Assembly (NCBI GenBank): GCA_963717455.1
Contig: OY970336.1
Location: 5,202,570-5,266,569 of the forward strand
Length of the DNA stretch: 64,000 nucleotides
Direction: 5' to 3'
Source of the DNA: an uncultured Acidimicrobiaceae bacterium
GTDB lineage: Bacteria > Actinomycetota > Acidimicrobiia > Acidimicrobiales > RAAP-2
Below the pieces are notes generated by a model. The model had not been told where the DNA came from, ran no database searches, and worked only from the letters and a program-made list of their open reading frames with translations. Both the position numbers and the translations under genes were made by a program. Below are positions 17,284 through 34,526 of this stretch, in pieces. The number at the start of each line of letters is the position of its first letter. Position 1 is the first letter of the stretch.

Positions 17284-18251
17284 TAGAAGTACCCCTCCCG
17301 CTTGCGGTCCTCCATGCCGGCCTCCGAGATCCGGTCGTCGGCCCGGGTGGCGCCCCGCTCCGTCAACCGGGTGCCGGCCACCTCGGCGATGACCAGGTCG
17401 ATCGTCTCAGCCATGGACTCGACGCACCCTGTGCAGTCGGCGTCGCCCACCGTGCGGAAGCGCACCATGGCCTCGAACTGCGGCTCGCCGTCGGGGGGGG
17501 CGAGGTGCGCCGTGACGGCCATGAGCATGCCGTCGCGCTGGAACACCGGGCGACGGTGGGCGTAGTAGATCGGTGGCACGTCGATCCGCTCGTCCCGGAT
17601 GTAGTGCCACACGTCGAGCTCGGTCCAGTTGGAGAGCGGGAAGACCCGGATGTGCTCGCCCTTGTTGTGCCGCCCGTTGTAGAGGCTCCACAGCTCGGGC
17701 CGCTGGCTCTTCGGGTCCCACTGGCCGAACTCGTCCCTGAAGCTGAAGATCCGCTCCTTGGCCCGGGCCTTCTCCTCGTCGCGGCGCGCCCCGCCGAAGA
17801 CCGCGTCGTGGCGTCCCTCCGCGATGGCGCGCAACAGAGTCGGCGTCTGCAACCGGTTGCGCGTCGCCCCCGGCGAGGTGTCCTCCACGGTCCGGCCAGC
17901 GTCGATGTCGTCCTGCACCTTGGCCACCACGACACGGACGCCCAGCGCGGCGGCGTGGCGGTCCCGGAACTCGAGCACTTCGTCGAAGTTCCGCCCCGTG
18001 TCGACGTGCAGCACCGGGAACGGCACGGGCGCCGGCCAGAAGGCCTTGGCCGCCAGGTGCAGCATGACGATGGAGTCCTTGCCGCCGGAGAACATGAGGA
18101 TGGGCCGCTCGAACTCGGCCGCCACCTCCCGGAAGATGTGGATGGCCTGGGCCTCGAGGGCGCGCAGGTGCGACAGCCGGTAGTTGCCCGAGCCGGCGTG
18201 CGGCGAACCGTCGTGGCCGCCGGGATCACCCACCATCCGCGGTCTCGCCAA
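17283..18251 (-). CDS. cysD: Sulfate adenylyltransferase subunit 2
   Basis: LRALEAQAIHIFREV, a PAPS-reductase-like PP-loop (MFSGGKDSIVMLHLA), and WDPKSQRPELW. The TTG start at 18251 is preceded by GAGGGAG. The stop overlaps the cysNC GTG (TAGTG). Confidence 0.92.
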   Translation of the reverse strand: MARPRMVGDPGGHDGSPHAGSGNYRLSHLRALEAQAIHIFREVAAEFERPILMFSGGKDSIVMLHLAAKAFWPAPVPFPVLHVDTGRNFDEVLEFRDRHAAALGVRVVVAKVQDDIDAGRTVEDTSPGATRNRLQTPTLLRAIAEGRHDAVFGGARRDEEKARAKERIFSFRDEFGQWDPKSQRPELWSLYNGRHNKGEHIRVFPLSNWTELDVWHYIRDERIDVPPIYYAHRRPVFQRDGMLMAVTAHLAPPDGEPQFEAMVRFRTVGDADCTGCVESMAETIDLVIAEVAGTRLTERGATRADDRISEAGMEDRKREGYF

Positions 18252-18293
18252 CGGTCGCTCCCTCTGTCTTCGCCTCGTGGACCTGGGAGAAGT

Positions 18294-25936
<7,643 letters not shown>

Positions 25937-26204
25937 CGGTCATCTCCTCCCAAGAGAAAAGCGGCGGGTGAGGGCGGTACTGCGGTTCAGGGACGGACGG
26001 AGGACGGGGATGGGACGGGGGGTCAGGGCTGCCAGGGCGCGCGCCGACCCCCAGGAATTACGGAATCAAGCAGACAGAGACGCACGGCAACCCTGCATCC
26101 TATCGTGGGGCGTGCCTCGATACAACCCCTCGGCCGCGAAAGCCTGACGGGCAGCGCCCGGGGTCCGTGACAGGCTACGAAAGCCCTCCCCCGCCGTCAA
26201 GGAT

Positions 26205-26252
26205 CCTGGTCCCCGGGTCGGGTGGGACGAGCCCAACCCGACCCGGACCAGG
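26205..26252 (-). terminator. Long GC-rich hairpin directly after the rplL stop (candidate terminator/attenuator ahead of rpoB)
   Basis: CCTGGT..CCGGGTCGGGTGGG, loop ACGAG, then CCCAACCCGACCCGG ACCAGG. About 20 bp pair, with two small bulges, and the hairpin begins 2 nt from the rplL TAG. There is no clear U-tract. Confidence 0.45.
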
Positions 26253-26254
26253 CA

Positions 26255-26647
26255 CTACTTGACCTCGACGGTGGCGCCGGCCCCCTCGAGGGCGGCCTTG
26301 GCCTTCTCGGCGTCTTCCTTGTTGGCCTTCTCGAGCACCGGCTTGGGGGCCGCCTCGACCAGGTCCTTGGCCTCCTTGAGGCCCAGGCTGGTGAGGGCGC
26401 GCACCTCCTTGATGACCTGGATCTTCTTGTCACCGGCTTCGGTGAGGATGACGTCGAACTCCGACTTCTCCTCCTCCGCGGCGGCCTCACCGCCGCCACC
26501 GGCCGGGGCGGCCGCTGCGGCCACGGCAACGGGGGCCGCCGCCGTGACGCCGAAGCGCTCCTCGAAGTCCTTCAGCAGCTCGCTCAGCTGGATCACCGAG
26601 AGCTCGGCGATCCCGTCGAGGATCTCTTCCTTGGTCAGGGTTGCCAT
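26255..26647 (-). CDS. rplL: 50S ribosomal protein L7/L12
   Basis: [34 protein letters not shown], an Ala-rich hinge, and [24 protein letters not shown]. Confidence 0.95.
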   Translation of the reverse strand: MATLTKEEILDGIAELSVIQLSELLKDFEERFGVTAAAPVAVAAAAAPAGGGGEAAAEEEKSEFDVILTEAGDKKIQVIKEVRALTSLGLKEAKDLVEAAPKPVLEKANKEDAEKAKAALEGAGATVEVK

Positions 26648-26706
26648 CTGTGTGGCCTTCCTTTCTTTCCTGCGGTCTGTTCTGGTTGGTATGAAATCGT
26701 CGGGTG

Positions 26707-27405
26707 CTACTCGGATGCCCCTTCGGCGCTGGCCGCCGCCCCGGCATCGCCGTCCGTCTCCGCGGCGGCCTCCACCGGCTCCCCTGCGGCCGGGGCTTCC
26801 TCGGCGGGCGCGGCTGCCTCGGGCTCGACCGCCGCCTCGGAGGCCTCGGCGGGGGCCGGCAGCGTCTCGCCGCCGGCCTCGCGCTGCTCGATCAGCGCCG
26901 ACATCCCGTAGGCCAGGTTGCGCGGCAGCGCCTGGAGGAGCCCGGCCATCTGCTGCATCGGGGCGGCGAGGGCGCCGGCCAAGCGCGCGAGCAGGACCTC
27001 GCGTGGTGGCAGGTCCGCCAGCGCGGCCAGGTCCGACGACGTGAGGAGGGACCCGTCGGCAAGCCCGCCCTTGATCACGAGATGGGGATTCCCCCGGGCG
27101 AAGTCCCGCAGCGCCTTGGCCACCGCGCTGATGTCGCCCTCCACGAAGGTCAGCGCACTCGGCCCGCTCAGGTACTCCGACAGCGGCTGGTACTCGCCGC
27201 CGTCGATGGCCCGCCGCACGAGCGTGTTCTTGAAGATCTTGTAGTCACTGCCCACGGCGGCCAGTGCGTTGCGGAGATCGGCCATCTCGGCCACGGTCAG
27301 GCCGCGGTACTCGCTCACGATGGAGGCGGATGCCGCCTCCATGCGCGTCTTGACCTCGGCGACCACCTCGACCTTGTGGGCCATTTGTGCATTCTGCGTT
27401 GCCAT
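26707..27405 (-). CDS. rplJ: 50S ribosomal protein L10 with an Ala/Glu/Pro-rich C-terminal extension
   Basis: [32 protein letters not shown] and LVIKGGL. About 55 extra low-complexity residues follow ALIEQRE. Confidence 0.9.
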   Translation of the reverse strand: MATQNAQMAHKVEVVAEVKTRMEAASASIVSEYRGLTVAEMADLRNALAAVGSDYKIFKNTLVRRAIDGGEYQPLSEYLSGPSALTFVEGDISAVAKALRDFARGNPHLVIKGGLADGSLLTSSDLAALADLPPREVLLARLAGALAAPMQQMAGLLQALPRNLAYGMSALIEQREAGGETLPAPAEASEAAVEPEAAAPAEEAPAAGEPVEAAAETDGDAGAAASAEGASE

Positions 27406-27630
27406 CGTCGTCCTCCACCGGGTTCGACCGGCCGGATCGGCCAGGATCTCCGGGGTGCGACGGCGCAGGCCGGACGGGCCGGCGTGCTCGGTGTCGCCTC
27501 GTCAGGCCGGCCCTACGGGCCGCTTCGGCACCCTGGGGTGCACCGGAGGTCTCTGGCGTTCGGATTCAGTGCCCGCACACCCGTGGGCGGCGGACTGTTC
27601 GAGAGAGCGTAGTACGTCTCGGGGGCCGGC
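27406..27630 (-). promoter_or_regulatory. rplJ 5-prime leader region (expected site of the L10 autoregulatory leader)
   Basis: A 225-nt non-coding spacer between rplA and rplJ, GC-rich with several inverted repeats. An L10 leader is established at this position in many bacteria, but I did not fold or model it here. Confidence 0.35.
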
Positions 27631-28353
27631 TCAGGCCGGTAGGGCCAGCTCCTCCTCGGTGAAGCGAGCCTTGACCGGGTCGATGTGGACCCCGGGGCCC
27701 ATCGTGGTCGACAGGGTGATCGAGAGGAAGTACCGGCCCTTTGCCCCCGGCGGCTTGGCCCGCTGGAGCTCGTCGACGACGGCCCGGATGTTGGTCACCA
27801 GCTGCTCGCGGGTGAAGGAGGCCTTGCCGACCCGGATGTGGACGTTGCCCACCTTGTCGGTGCGGTACTCGACCCGGCCGCCCTTGAACTCGGTGACCGC
27901 TTTGGCCACGTCGGTCGTGACGGTGCCGGTCTTCGGGTTGGGCATCAGGCCCCGGGGCCCGAGGACCCGCCCGAGCGTGCCCACCTGGCCCATGAGGTCG
28001 GGCGTAGCGATGGCGACGTCGAAGTCGAGGAAGCCACCGTTGATCTTGGCCACCAGGTCGTCCGCACCCACGATGTCGGCGCCGGCGGCGCGAGCCTCTG
28101 CGGCCGCCTCGCCGGCGGCGAACACCGCCACGCGCACCGTGCGGCCGGTCCCCGCCGGGAGCGAGATCGTGCCCCGCACGATCTGATCGGCCTTGCGCGG
28201 GTCGACGCCGAGGCGGACGGCCAGTTCGACCGTCTCGTCGAACTTCGCGCTCGCCAGCGACTTCACGAGGTCGACCGCCTCGGCGACGCCGTACAGCGCC
28301 TCGCGGTCCACCTGGCTCAGGCTCTCCCTGTACTTCTTCCCGTGCTGGGTCAT
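27631..28353 (-). CDS. rplA: 50S ribosomal protein L1
   Basis: [26 protein letters not shown] and [16 protein letters not shown]. Confidence 0.95.
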   Translation of the reverse strand: MTQHGKKYRESLSQVDREALYGVAEAVDLVKSLASAKFDETVELAVRLGVDPRKADQIVRGTISLPAGTGRTVRVAVFAAGEAAAEARAAGADIVGADDLVAKINGGFLDFDVAIATPDLMGQVGTLGRVLGPRGLMPNPKTGTVTTDVAKAVTEFKGGRVEYRTDKVGNVHIRVGKASFTREQLVTNIRAVVDELQRAKPPGAKGRYFLSITLSTTMGPGVHIDPVKARFTEEELALPA

Positions 28354-28382
28354 GTCGTCTCTCCTCTGCGCGTCCGTCGGGC

Positions 28383-28814
28383 CTATCCGGCGACCTTGAT
28401 CCCCATGGACCGTGCCGTGCCCGCAACCTGCTTCTTGGCCGCCTCGAGGTCGTTGGTGTTGAGGTCCTTGAGCTTGGTGGTGGCGATCTCGGCCAGCTGC
28501 GCGTCTGTGATCGTGCCGACCTGCTCACGACCCGTGGCCGCTGCGCCCTTGCCCAGGCCCGCCGCCTGGCGCAGCAGCACCGGGGTGGGCGAGGTCTTCA
28601 GCACGAAGCTGAACGTGCGGTCCTCGTAGATCGTGATGTCCACCGGCACCACCGTCCCCCGCATGCTCTCGGTGGCCGCGTTGTACTGCTTGCAGAACTC
28701 CATGGTCTGGACGCCGTGTGGCCCCAGCGCCGTACCGACCGGGGGCGCGGGGGTGGCCGACCCGGCTTCGAGCTGGATCTTGACCACGGCGAGCACCTTC
28801 TTCTTCGGCGCCAT
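28383..28814 (-). CDS. rplK: 50S ribosomal protein L11
   Basis: MAPKKKV..IKLQ-type start ([25 protein letters not shown]), then FCKQYNA. Confidence 0.95.
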   Translation of the reverse strand: MAPKKKVLAVVKIQLEAGSATPAPPVGTALGPHGVQTMEFCKQYNAATESMRGTVVPVDITIYEDRTFSFVLKTSPTPVLLRQAAGLGKGAAATGREQVGTITDAQLAEIATTKLKDLNTNDLEAAKKQVAGTARSMGIKVAG

Positions 28815-28859
28815 CGTCTCTGTTCTCCTTCTTCGTTCTTCGGTTGTAGGTCCGGGCGC

Positions 28860-29912
28860 CTAGAGCTTGGCGACCTGGCTGAATTCGAGCTCGACCGGGG
28901 TCTCCCGACCGAAGATGTTGACGAGCACCTTGAGCTTGAGCTGGTCCTCGTTGATCTCGGCGATCTGGCCGGAGAAGTCCGCGAAGGGGCCCTCCTTGAC
29001 CCGCACCGTCTCGTCCACCTCGTACTCGAGCCGGGGACGGCTGCGCTTGGGGCTGGCCTCGGCGCCCTCGACCTTCACCTGCAGGATGTTCTCGACCTCG
29101 CGGCGCGACAGCGGTGTCGGCTTCGTGCCGGGTCCAACGAAGCCCGTGACGCCGGGTGTGTTGCGGATGGCACCCCAGGTGTCGTCGTCGAGGTCACAGC
29201 GCACGAGGAGGTAGCCCGGGAACACCTTCTTCTGGACCGTGACCTTCTTGCCGCCCTTGAACTCGATGACGTCCTCCATCGGGATGACGACCTCGAAGAC
29301 GCGGTCCTCTATGCCGCGCGAGGCGACGACGTTGCCCATGTTCGAGCGCACCTTGTTCTCGTAGCCCGAGTAGGTGTGCACGACGTACCAACGACCCGGG
29401 CGATCGTAAGGGCTCTCGACCGGGACGACCTCCTCCACGTCGTCCTCGCCCCACCCGCCGAGCTCGGCCTCGCCCGCAGCTTCCTGGCCGTCGGTGGCGT
29501 CGAGCACCAGCGCGGGCTCGCCGGCCTGCGCCGCTGTCTCCTGGGCGATCTCCTCTGCGACCTCTTCGGCGATCTCCTCGACGACCGCCTCCTCAATCGC
29601 CTCGAGCACCGCCTCCTCGACGATCTCTTCCACTCTCTCTTCCACGATCTCCTCTGCGGCCTCCTCGGCCACGACTTCGGCGACGGCCTCTTCGACCGCC
29701 TCGACCACCGCGTCCTCCGCGATGGCTTCGAGCTCGGCCTCGTCCTCGGCTGCGACCTCGTCGATCACGTCCTCGGTGGACGCCGTGTTCATGGCCGCCT
29801 CTTCCGGGGCGCCCTCGGTCTCTTCGCGCTCGGACGCCAACGCTTCCGCGACATCTTCCTCGTCGCCGGTCACCAGTGCCTCCTCTGCCTCTGAATGCGT
29901 CATGTCGCTCAT
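28860..29912 (-). CDS. nusG: Transcription termination/antitermination factor NusG with a long acidic N-terminal extension
   Basis: The C-terminal 190 aa are canonical NusG ([28 protein letters not shown], and [22 protein letters not shown]). The first 160 aa or so are Glu/Ala/Val/Ile low complexity. Confidence 0.9.
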   Translation of the reverse strand: MSDMTHSEAEEALVTGDEEDVAEALASEREETEGAPEEAAMNTASTEDVIDEVAAEDEAELEAIAEDAVVEAVEEAVAEVVAEEAAEEIVEERVEEIVEEAVLEAIEEAVVEEIAEEVAEEIAQETAAQAGEPALVLDATDGQEAAGEAELGGWGEDDVEEVVPVESPYDRPGRWYVVHTYSGYENKVRSNMGNVVASRGIEDRVFEVVIPMEDVIEFKGGKKVTVQKKVFPGYLLVRCDLDDDTWGAIRNTPGVTGFVGPGTKPTPLSRREVENILQVKVEGAEASPKRSRPRLEYEVDETVRVKEGPFADFSGQIAEINEDQLKLKVLVNIFGRETPVELEFSQVAKL

Positions 29913-29917
29913 GTCGC

Positions 29918-30238
29918 CTACTTCGTGAACATGAGCGTGATGAGCTTGCCGAAGGCGAGGTTCAGCACGAAGATCAGGCTGATCATGATGATCAGGGTGG
30001 TCAGCACCACCGACGTGTAGTTGATGAGCTCGGAGCGTGAGGGCCAGGCCACCTGACGCATCTCGTCGCGCACTTCGCGGACGAACTGGACCGGAGTGGT
30101 GCGCTTGCGACCCGAGGGTCCCTTCTGCGTCCGCTGCGCCTTGGTCTGTGTGCCCGCGGGCGCGCGCCGTGTGGCTGGAGACCCGTCGGCCTCCATCTGC
30201 CCTTGGCGCTGCATCATGCGCTTGGTTTCGCGGTTCAC
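29918..30238 (-). CDS. secE: Preprotein translocase subunit SecE
   Basis: A basic N-terminus, then [19 protein letters not shown] and a single TM helix. It sits between tRNA-Trp and nusG. Confidence 0.85.
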   Translation of the reverse strand: MNRETKRMMQRQGQMEADGSPATRRAPAGTQTKAQRTQKGPSGRKRTTPVQFVREVRDEMRQVAWPSRSELINYTSVVLTTLIIMISLIFVLNLAFGKLITLMFTK

Positions 30239-30283
30239 AGGTCTTGCCTCACATACATGGTTCTCGGGTGACTACGTCCGGGG

Positions 30284-30356
30284 CAGGGCAGGAGGGACTC
30301 GAACCCCCAACCGCCGGTTTTGGAGACCGGTGCTCTACCAGTTGAGCTACTGCCCT
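30284..30356 (-). tRNA. tRNA-Trp (anticodon CCA)
   Basis: Reverse strand reads AGGGCAGTAGCTCAACTGGTAGAGCACCGGTCTCCAAAACCGGCGGTTGGGGGTTCGAGTCCCTCCTGCCCTG. It folds as a cloverleaf with anticodon loop CTCCAAA. No CCA is encoded. Confidence 0.9.
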
Positions 30357-30450
30357 CGGTGGGGTGCTTTCGGTTGCCCTCACGCAGGTGGTTCTTCCCC
30401 CTGACCTGGGGATCGGCCTGCCAGAGTAGCACCGGCCGGCTCGGAGCGGC

Positions 30451-30615
30451 TCAGCGGGTCTCTTTGTGCAGGGTGTGCTGGCGGTCCCAGCGGCAGAACT
30501 TCTTCATCTCGATCCGCTCGCGGTCGTTGAGCTTGTTCTTGGTCGTGATGTAGTTACGCCGCTTGCACACCTCGCAGGCCAGGGTGACCTGGACCCTCTT
30601 CTCGTTCTTCGCCAT
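30451..30615 (-). CDS. rpmG: 50S ribosomal protein L33
   Basis: [54 protein letters not shown]. The ATG is preceded by AGGAAGGA. Confidence 0.9.
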   Translation of the reverse strand: MAKNEKRVQVTLACEVCKRRNYITTKNKLNDRERIEMKKFCRWDRQHTLHKETR

Positions 30616-30657
30616 GTCCAATCCTTCCTGGTTGCTGCCCGGTACTCGTCCCGGGCC

Positions 30658-30734
30658 TGGTAGCGGCGGCGGGACTCGAACCCGCGACAACACGATTATG
30701 AGCCGTGTGCTCTGACCAACTGAGCTACGCCGCC
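30658..30734 (-). tRNA. tRNA-Met (anticodon CAT, elongator type), CCA encoded
   Basis: Reverse strand reads GGCGGCGTAGCTCAGTTGGTCAGAGCACACGGCTCATAATCGTGTTGTCGCGGGTTCGAGTCCCGCCGCCGCTACCA. The G1-U72 pair and the lack of a triple-GC anticodon stem argue for an elongator rather than an initiator. Confidence 0.85.
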
Positions 30735-30741
30735 ATGGGCG

Positions 30742-30814
30742 AGCCCCCTGTCGGAATCGAACCGACGACACCAGCCTTACCATGGCTGTGCTCTGCCGAC
30801 TGAGCTAAGGGGGC
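30742..30814 (-). tRNA. tRNA-Thr (anticodon GGT)
   Basis: Reverse strand reads GCCCCCTTAGCTCAGTCGGCAGAGCACAGCCATGGTAAGGCTGGTGTCGTCGGTTCGATTCCGACAGGGGGCT. Confidence 0.85.
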
Positions 30815-30900
30815 GCCGCGGCTACCTTCCGCGAACCGTCAATGATAGCCAGGGCTCGGCACGGACTGCCTCCGCTTCCCCGGTTTCGGCAGCTCAACAG

Positions 30901-30906
30901 TACCAT
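30901..30906 (+). promoter_or_regulatory. Candidate -10 hexamer TACCAT, 6 nt upstream of the GNAT ATG (leaderless-type)
   Basis: TAnnnT, then 6 nt, then the ATG at 30913, with no SD sequence. Confidence 0.3.
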
Positions 30907-30912
30907 CGGCTG

Positions 30913-31437
30913 ATGCGGATCCGACTGGCCGATGTGGCCGACGCAGAGGCTATCCGCACCATCTACAACGTCGAGGTCGTCGGGAGCACCAACACCTTCG
31001 ACATGGTGCCCCGAACCAGGGCCGAGCAGGAGGCCTGGATCCTCGAGCACAGCGGGGTCCACCCGGCCCTGGTGGCGACCGAGGCCCCCGACTCGGGGCT
31101 GACCGGCCAGGTCGGGACGAACGGCGAGATCGTCCTCGGCTTCGGTTCCCTCTCCCCCTTTCGCGAGCGCTCGGGCTACTCGGCCACGGCCGAGAACTCC
31201 GTGTACGTCGACCGCTCCCAGCGTGGCAGGGGGGTGGGGCGGGCCCTCCTCGCCGAGCTGCTGGTCCTGGCGTCGGCCCACGGCTTCCACTCCGTGATCG
31301 CCCGCATCGCCGGGCACAACGAGACCTCGATAGGTCTGCACCAGGCGGCTGGCTTCGAGCTGGTGGGCGTGGAACGGGAGGTGGGGCGCAAGCACCGCCA
31401 GTGGCTCGACGTGATCGAGCTCCAGCGCCTGCTGTAG
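30913..31437 (+). CDS. GNAT family N-acetyltransferase (phosphinothricin/methionine-sulfoximine acetyltransferase-like)
   Basis: IRLADVADAEAIRTIYN, ENSVYVDRSQRGRGVGRALL (acetyl-CoA motif A) and ARIAGHNETSIGLHQAAGFELVG. Confidence 0.8.
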   Translation: MRIRLADVADAEAIRTIYNVEVVGSTNTFDMVPRTRAEQEAWILEHSGVHPALVATEAPDSGLTGQVGTNGEIVLGFGSLSPFRERSGYSATAENSVYVDRSQRGRGVGRALLAELLVLASAHGFHSVIARIAGHNETSIGLHQAAGFELVGVEREVGRKHRQWLDVIELQRLL

Positions 31438-31475
31438 CCGCCGGAGCGTCGCCGGCCCGGAACAAGCCCTCGGGC

Positions 31476-33215
31476 TCAGGACTCCAGCGCGGCGCTCTGG
31501 CCGTGGGGCGCCGACAGGGCGGGCAGGCGGGAGCGGTCGAGCCGCCACGACGTCGTCCAGTTGCCGAGCGGGAAGATCGCCACGGCCCACAGCACCATCA
31601 CCGCCAGCACCATGCGGATCGGGTCGGTGTGCACCAGCTCGTTCAGCAGCTCGGTGCCGCCGGTCAGCCCGATGAAGGGTGCCACCGTCGAGAGGCCCAG
31701 GACGACGTAGAGCATCCGGCCGGTGACCACCGGCGCCACGATGACGATCCCCCACGTCAGGTACCAGGGCTGGACCACGGGGCCAAGGAGCACGAAGGCC
31801 ATCATCGTGATGCCCAGCGCGCTCAGCACCCCGAGGCGCTCGCGGTTGACGAGGCAGTAGAGAGCGATGGCGGCGGCGGCCAGCAGGCCAATGGCCCGGG
31901 TCAGCGTGAGCACGCCACCCTGGCCCACCCCGATGCCGAGGACGTGGGCCGATCCGCTGAGCAACAGGCCAAATCCGGTGGCCGGGGCCATCCACGAGCG
32001 CACGGTGCCAGGGGTGCCCAGGTTGGCGAGCCACCCCCAACCGAGCCCGGATACGAGGGAGAGGGCCCCCATGACCGCCACGGTCAGGAGGCCGGAGCGG
32101 AGGACCATGCGGGTGCGGCGGCGCCAGTCCGCTCCCGCGCCGGCCCAGTCCCACGCCACGTACACGATGCCGATGGCGGCGGGCACCTTGATGGAGGCTG
32201 CCAGCGCGCACAGCACCACGCCCCACACCGGGTGTCGGGACCTCGCCGCCGTGACGCCGGCGAGGAGCAATCCGACCATGATGGCGTCGTTGTGCGCCCC
32301 GCCCACGAGGGCAAGCAAGGTCAGCGGGTTGAGCACGGCCAGCACGAACGCAGGGCCGGCGTCGTGGCCGAACGAGCGGGCCAGTCTGGGGATGCAGTAG
32401 GCGATGAGCGCGACTCCGACCACCGACTGCAGCCGCAGCAGGACGACGGTGATGAGTGCGTGGTGCAGGCTCAAGGAGGCCGACCAGCCCGCCAGCATGA
32501 GGAAGAGCGGGCCGTAAGGGGCGGGGGTGTTCGCCCACAGGGGGTCGACCCCCGACGTGTACGGGCCCGAGCCGATGGTCCCCGGGCCGTAGTGGTACGG
32601 GTTGATGCCGTGGCTCATCATCTCGCCCTGGGCCGCGTAGGAGAACACGTCGCGGCTGAAGAGCGGCGCCACCGCCAGCAGCGGCAGGATCCAAAGGGCG
32701 AGCATGTAGACCAGCGGCCGGATCGACGTTCCGGGACGGGCGCGCAGCGTCTGGTACAGGCCGAACCAGACGCGCACGAACAGCACCATCCCTCCGTAGA
32801 CGGCCACGACCCCGGGCAGCATCAGCGTCGTCGTCGGCCAGTTGGCCTCGCCGAAGAACCAGGTGCCACCCATCTCGAGCTTGAACGGCGAGCTGGGCAG
32901 TGATGCGCCGACACAGATGGAGACGACAGCGATGAACCCCAAAAGCGCCGGGCGGCGCAGGAACGACCAGTCGCCCGGATCGCCGGACTCCGCCTCGACC
33001 CGCTGGGTCAGCGTGCCGCGGGGCGTCAAGCGGAGCCGCACGGCCTCGGCGCGCATGGAGAGTCGGTTCAGGCGCGTGCTCACCCGGTCCAGGACCGGTG
33101 GTGAAGGGGACATCGCGCTTTCGTCCACGGAGGTTGTCGGTCTCGCTTGTCGTGTCCGGGCGCTACGACCCGGGGAGGAGGGCAGGCGCACGCCGGGGGG
33201 AGCATGTACCCGCAA
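31476..33215 (-). CDS. Polytopic GT-C type glycosyltransferase, MptB-like (polyprenol-phosphate-mannose dependent alpha-1,6-mannosyltransferase family). The start is uncertain and may be the ATG at 33113.
   Basis: Many TM helices, plus the family-typical loop LFSRDVFSYAAQGEMMSHGINPYHYGPGTIG....DPLWANTPAPYGPLFL. Confidence 0.7.
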   Translation of the reverse strand: MRVHAPPGVRLPSSPGRSARTRQARPTTSVDESAMSPSPPVLDRVSTRLNRLSMRAEAVRLRLTPRGTLTQRVEAESGDPGDWSFLRRPALLGFIAVVSICVGASLPSSPFKLEMGGTWFFGEANWPTTTLMLPGVVAVYGGMVLFVRVWFGLYQTLRARPGTSIRPLVYMLALWILPLLAVAPLFSRDVFSYAAQGEMMSHGINPYHYGPGTIGSGPYTSGVDPLWANTPAPYGPLFLMLAGWSASLSLHHALITVVLLRLQSVVGVALIAYCIPRLARSFGHDAGPAFVLAVLNPLTLLALVGGAHNDAIMVGLLLAGVTAARSRHPVWGVVLCALAASIKVPAAIGIVYVAWDWAGAGADWRRRTRMVLRSGLLTVAVMGALSLVSGLGWGWLANLGTPGTVRSWMAPATGFGLLLSGSAHVLGIGVGQGGVLTLTRAIGLLAAAAIALYCLVNRERLGVLSALGITMMAFVLLGPVVQPWYLTWGIVIVAPVVTGRMLYVVLGLSTVAPFIGLTGGTELLNELVHTDPIRMVLAVMVLWAVAIFPLGNWTTSWRLDRSRLPALSAPHGQSAALES

Positions 33216-33293
33216 TCGATCTGAAACAGCATTGTAACGGCAGGGCGGGAGGTCGCAAGGGTCAAAGGACCCAAGGGCCGACCCCGGGCTGCG

Positions 33294-33376
33294 TGGGCCG
33301 GGAAGGATTCGAACCTCCGTAGGTGTTAACCGGCAGGTTTACAGCCTGCTTCCTTTGGCCACTCGGACACCGACCC
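33294..33376 (-). tRNA. tRNA-Tyr (anticodon GTA) with a long variable arm
   Basis: Reverse strand reads GGGTCGGTGTCCGAGTGGCCAAAGGAAGCAGGCTGTAAACCTGCCGGTTAACACCTACGGAGGTTCGAATCCTTCCCGGCCCA. Confidence 0.85.
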
Positions 33377-33429
33377 GCAGCGGGCGAGGTTAGCCGCGGT
33401 GGGCGCCCCGGGGCCGCAGATGGCGCCGG

Positions 33430-33435
33430 TACGCT
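33430..33435 (+). promoter_or_regulatory. Candidate -10 hexamer TACGCT, 6 nt upstream of the yajQ ATG (leaderless-type)
   Basis: TAnnnT, then 6 nt, then the ATG at 33442, with no SD sequence. Confidence 0.3.
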
Positions 33436-33441
33436 GAAGCC

Positions 33442-33930
33442 ATGCCCACTTTTGACATCGTCTCGGAAGTCGACATGCAAGAGGTCCGCAACGCGGTCGA
33501 CCAGGCCAACCGCGAGGCCGCCACCCGCTTCGACTTCAAGAACACCGACTCGGCCATTGAACTGGGAGATTCCGAGCTGGTGCTGCGCTCTTCGACGGAG
33601 GACCGCCTTCGTGCCCTGCACCAGGTGCTCGACGAGAAGCTGGTCAGGCGCCAGGTGTCGCTGAAGGCTTTCGAGGACGCGAAGATCGAGGAGGCCCAGA
33701 AGGGCACCGCGCGGCAGAAGGTGGCCATCAAGGCCGGCATCTCCTCGGACCACGCCAAGCGGCTGAACAAGTTCATCAAGGACCTCGGCCTCAAGGGCGT
33801 GTCCTCGCAGACTCAGGGAGATCAGCTCAGGGTCACGGGCAAGAAGCGGGACGATCTGCAAGAGGTGATCGCGAAGTGCAAGGCGGAGGACTTCGGGATC
33901 CCGCTGCAGTTCAACAATTTCCGGGACTAG
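33442..33930 (+). CDS. yajQ: YajQ family nucleotide-binding protein (UPF0234)
   Basis: MPTFDIVSEVDMQEVRNAVDQANREAATRFDFK and a C-terminal QFNNFRD, which is diagnostic of YajQ. Confidence 0.88.
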   Translation: MPTFDIVSEVDMQEVRNAVDQANREAATRFDFKNTDSAIELGDSELVLRSSTEDRLRALHQVLDEKLVRRQVSLKAFEDAKIEEAQKGTARQKVAIKAGISSDHAKRLNKFIKDLGLKGVSSQTQGDQLRVTGKKRDDLQEVIAKCKAEDFGIPLQFNNFRD

Positions 33931-33957
33931 CAACCCGGCCGCGGCCGCGGCGCTTCC

Positions 33958-34482
33958 TCAGTGCGGCGTCGGGTGCTTCTCTTGCTCCTCCTGCTCCTCG
34001 TGCGTGAGGTGCTCGTCGAACTCCTCGAGCTCGATCTTGAACAACTTGTTGAACAAGAGCAGCTTGGCGACCCAGAAGATGGCGAAGGACATGACGTTGG
34101 CGAGGAGCACCACCACCGTCGTCTCGAAGTGGTCGAGGTCGTACTTGACGGCGACGTGGTGGGCCAGCGCAGCGCCGACGATGGAGAAGGCGATGCCCAG
34201 CGCGGCCAGGGTCCAGAATGGCACGACTTCCTTCATGAAATGCGACCGTCCGTGCTTGCCCCAGGCCCACTTCCGGTTCAGCCAATACGAAGGGAACGTG
34301 GCGACCACATTGCCGAAGATGGTGCTCGGCACTTCGCTCCACAGATGCAGCACGCCGTAGACGATGGCGATGACGATGAGGGAGACAGCGGTCGAGATGA
34401 CCGAGACCATGGAGTAGCGGAAGATCTTCCGGCCCTCATGGGTGTGCAGCCAGTCGTAGAGCGCCTGAAGCCGGGAGAGCAC
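33958..34482 (-). CDS. GtrA family membrane protein
   Basis: FRYSMVSVISTAVSL and SYWLNRKWAWG, with four TM helices and an acidic C-terminal tail. The GTG start lies 6 nt after TAGGGT (leaderless-type; the hexamer is at 34489-34494 on the minus strand). Confidence 0.75.
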   Translation of the reverse strand: MLSRLQALYDWLHTHEGRKIFRYSMVSVISTAVSLIVIAIVYGVLHLWSEVPSTIFGNVVATFPSYWLNRKWAWGKHGRSHFMKEVVPFWTLAALGIAFSIVGAALAHHVAVKYDLDHFETTVVVLLANVMSFAIFWVAKLLLFNKLFKIELEEFDEHLTHEEQEEQEKHPTPH

Positions 34483-34526
34483 GATGTCACCCTAGCGTGG
34501 CGGCCAATTCGCCCCCTGTCAGGCTC

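Noticed and set aside
30284-30814. A tRNA-rich segment (Thr, Met, Trp) around rpmG as a possible integration hotspot or island border
   Set aside because: The order tRNA-Thr, tRNA-Met, rpmG, tRNA-Trp, secE, nusG, rplK, rplA is the standard conserved actinobacterial arrangement. No foreign genes or partial tRNA duplicates are present.
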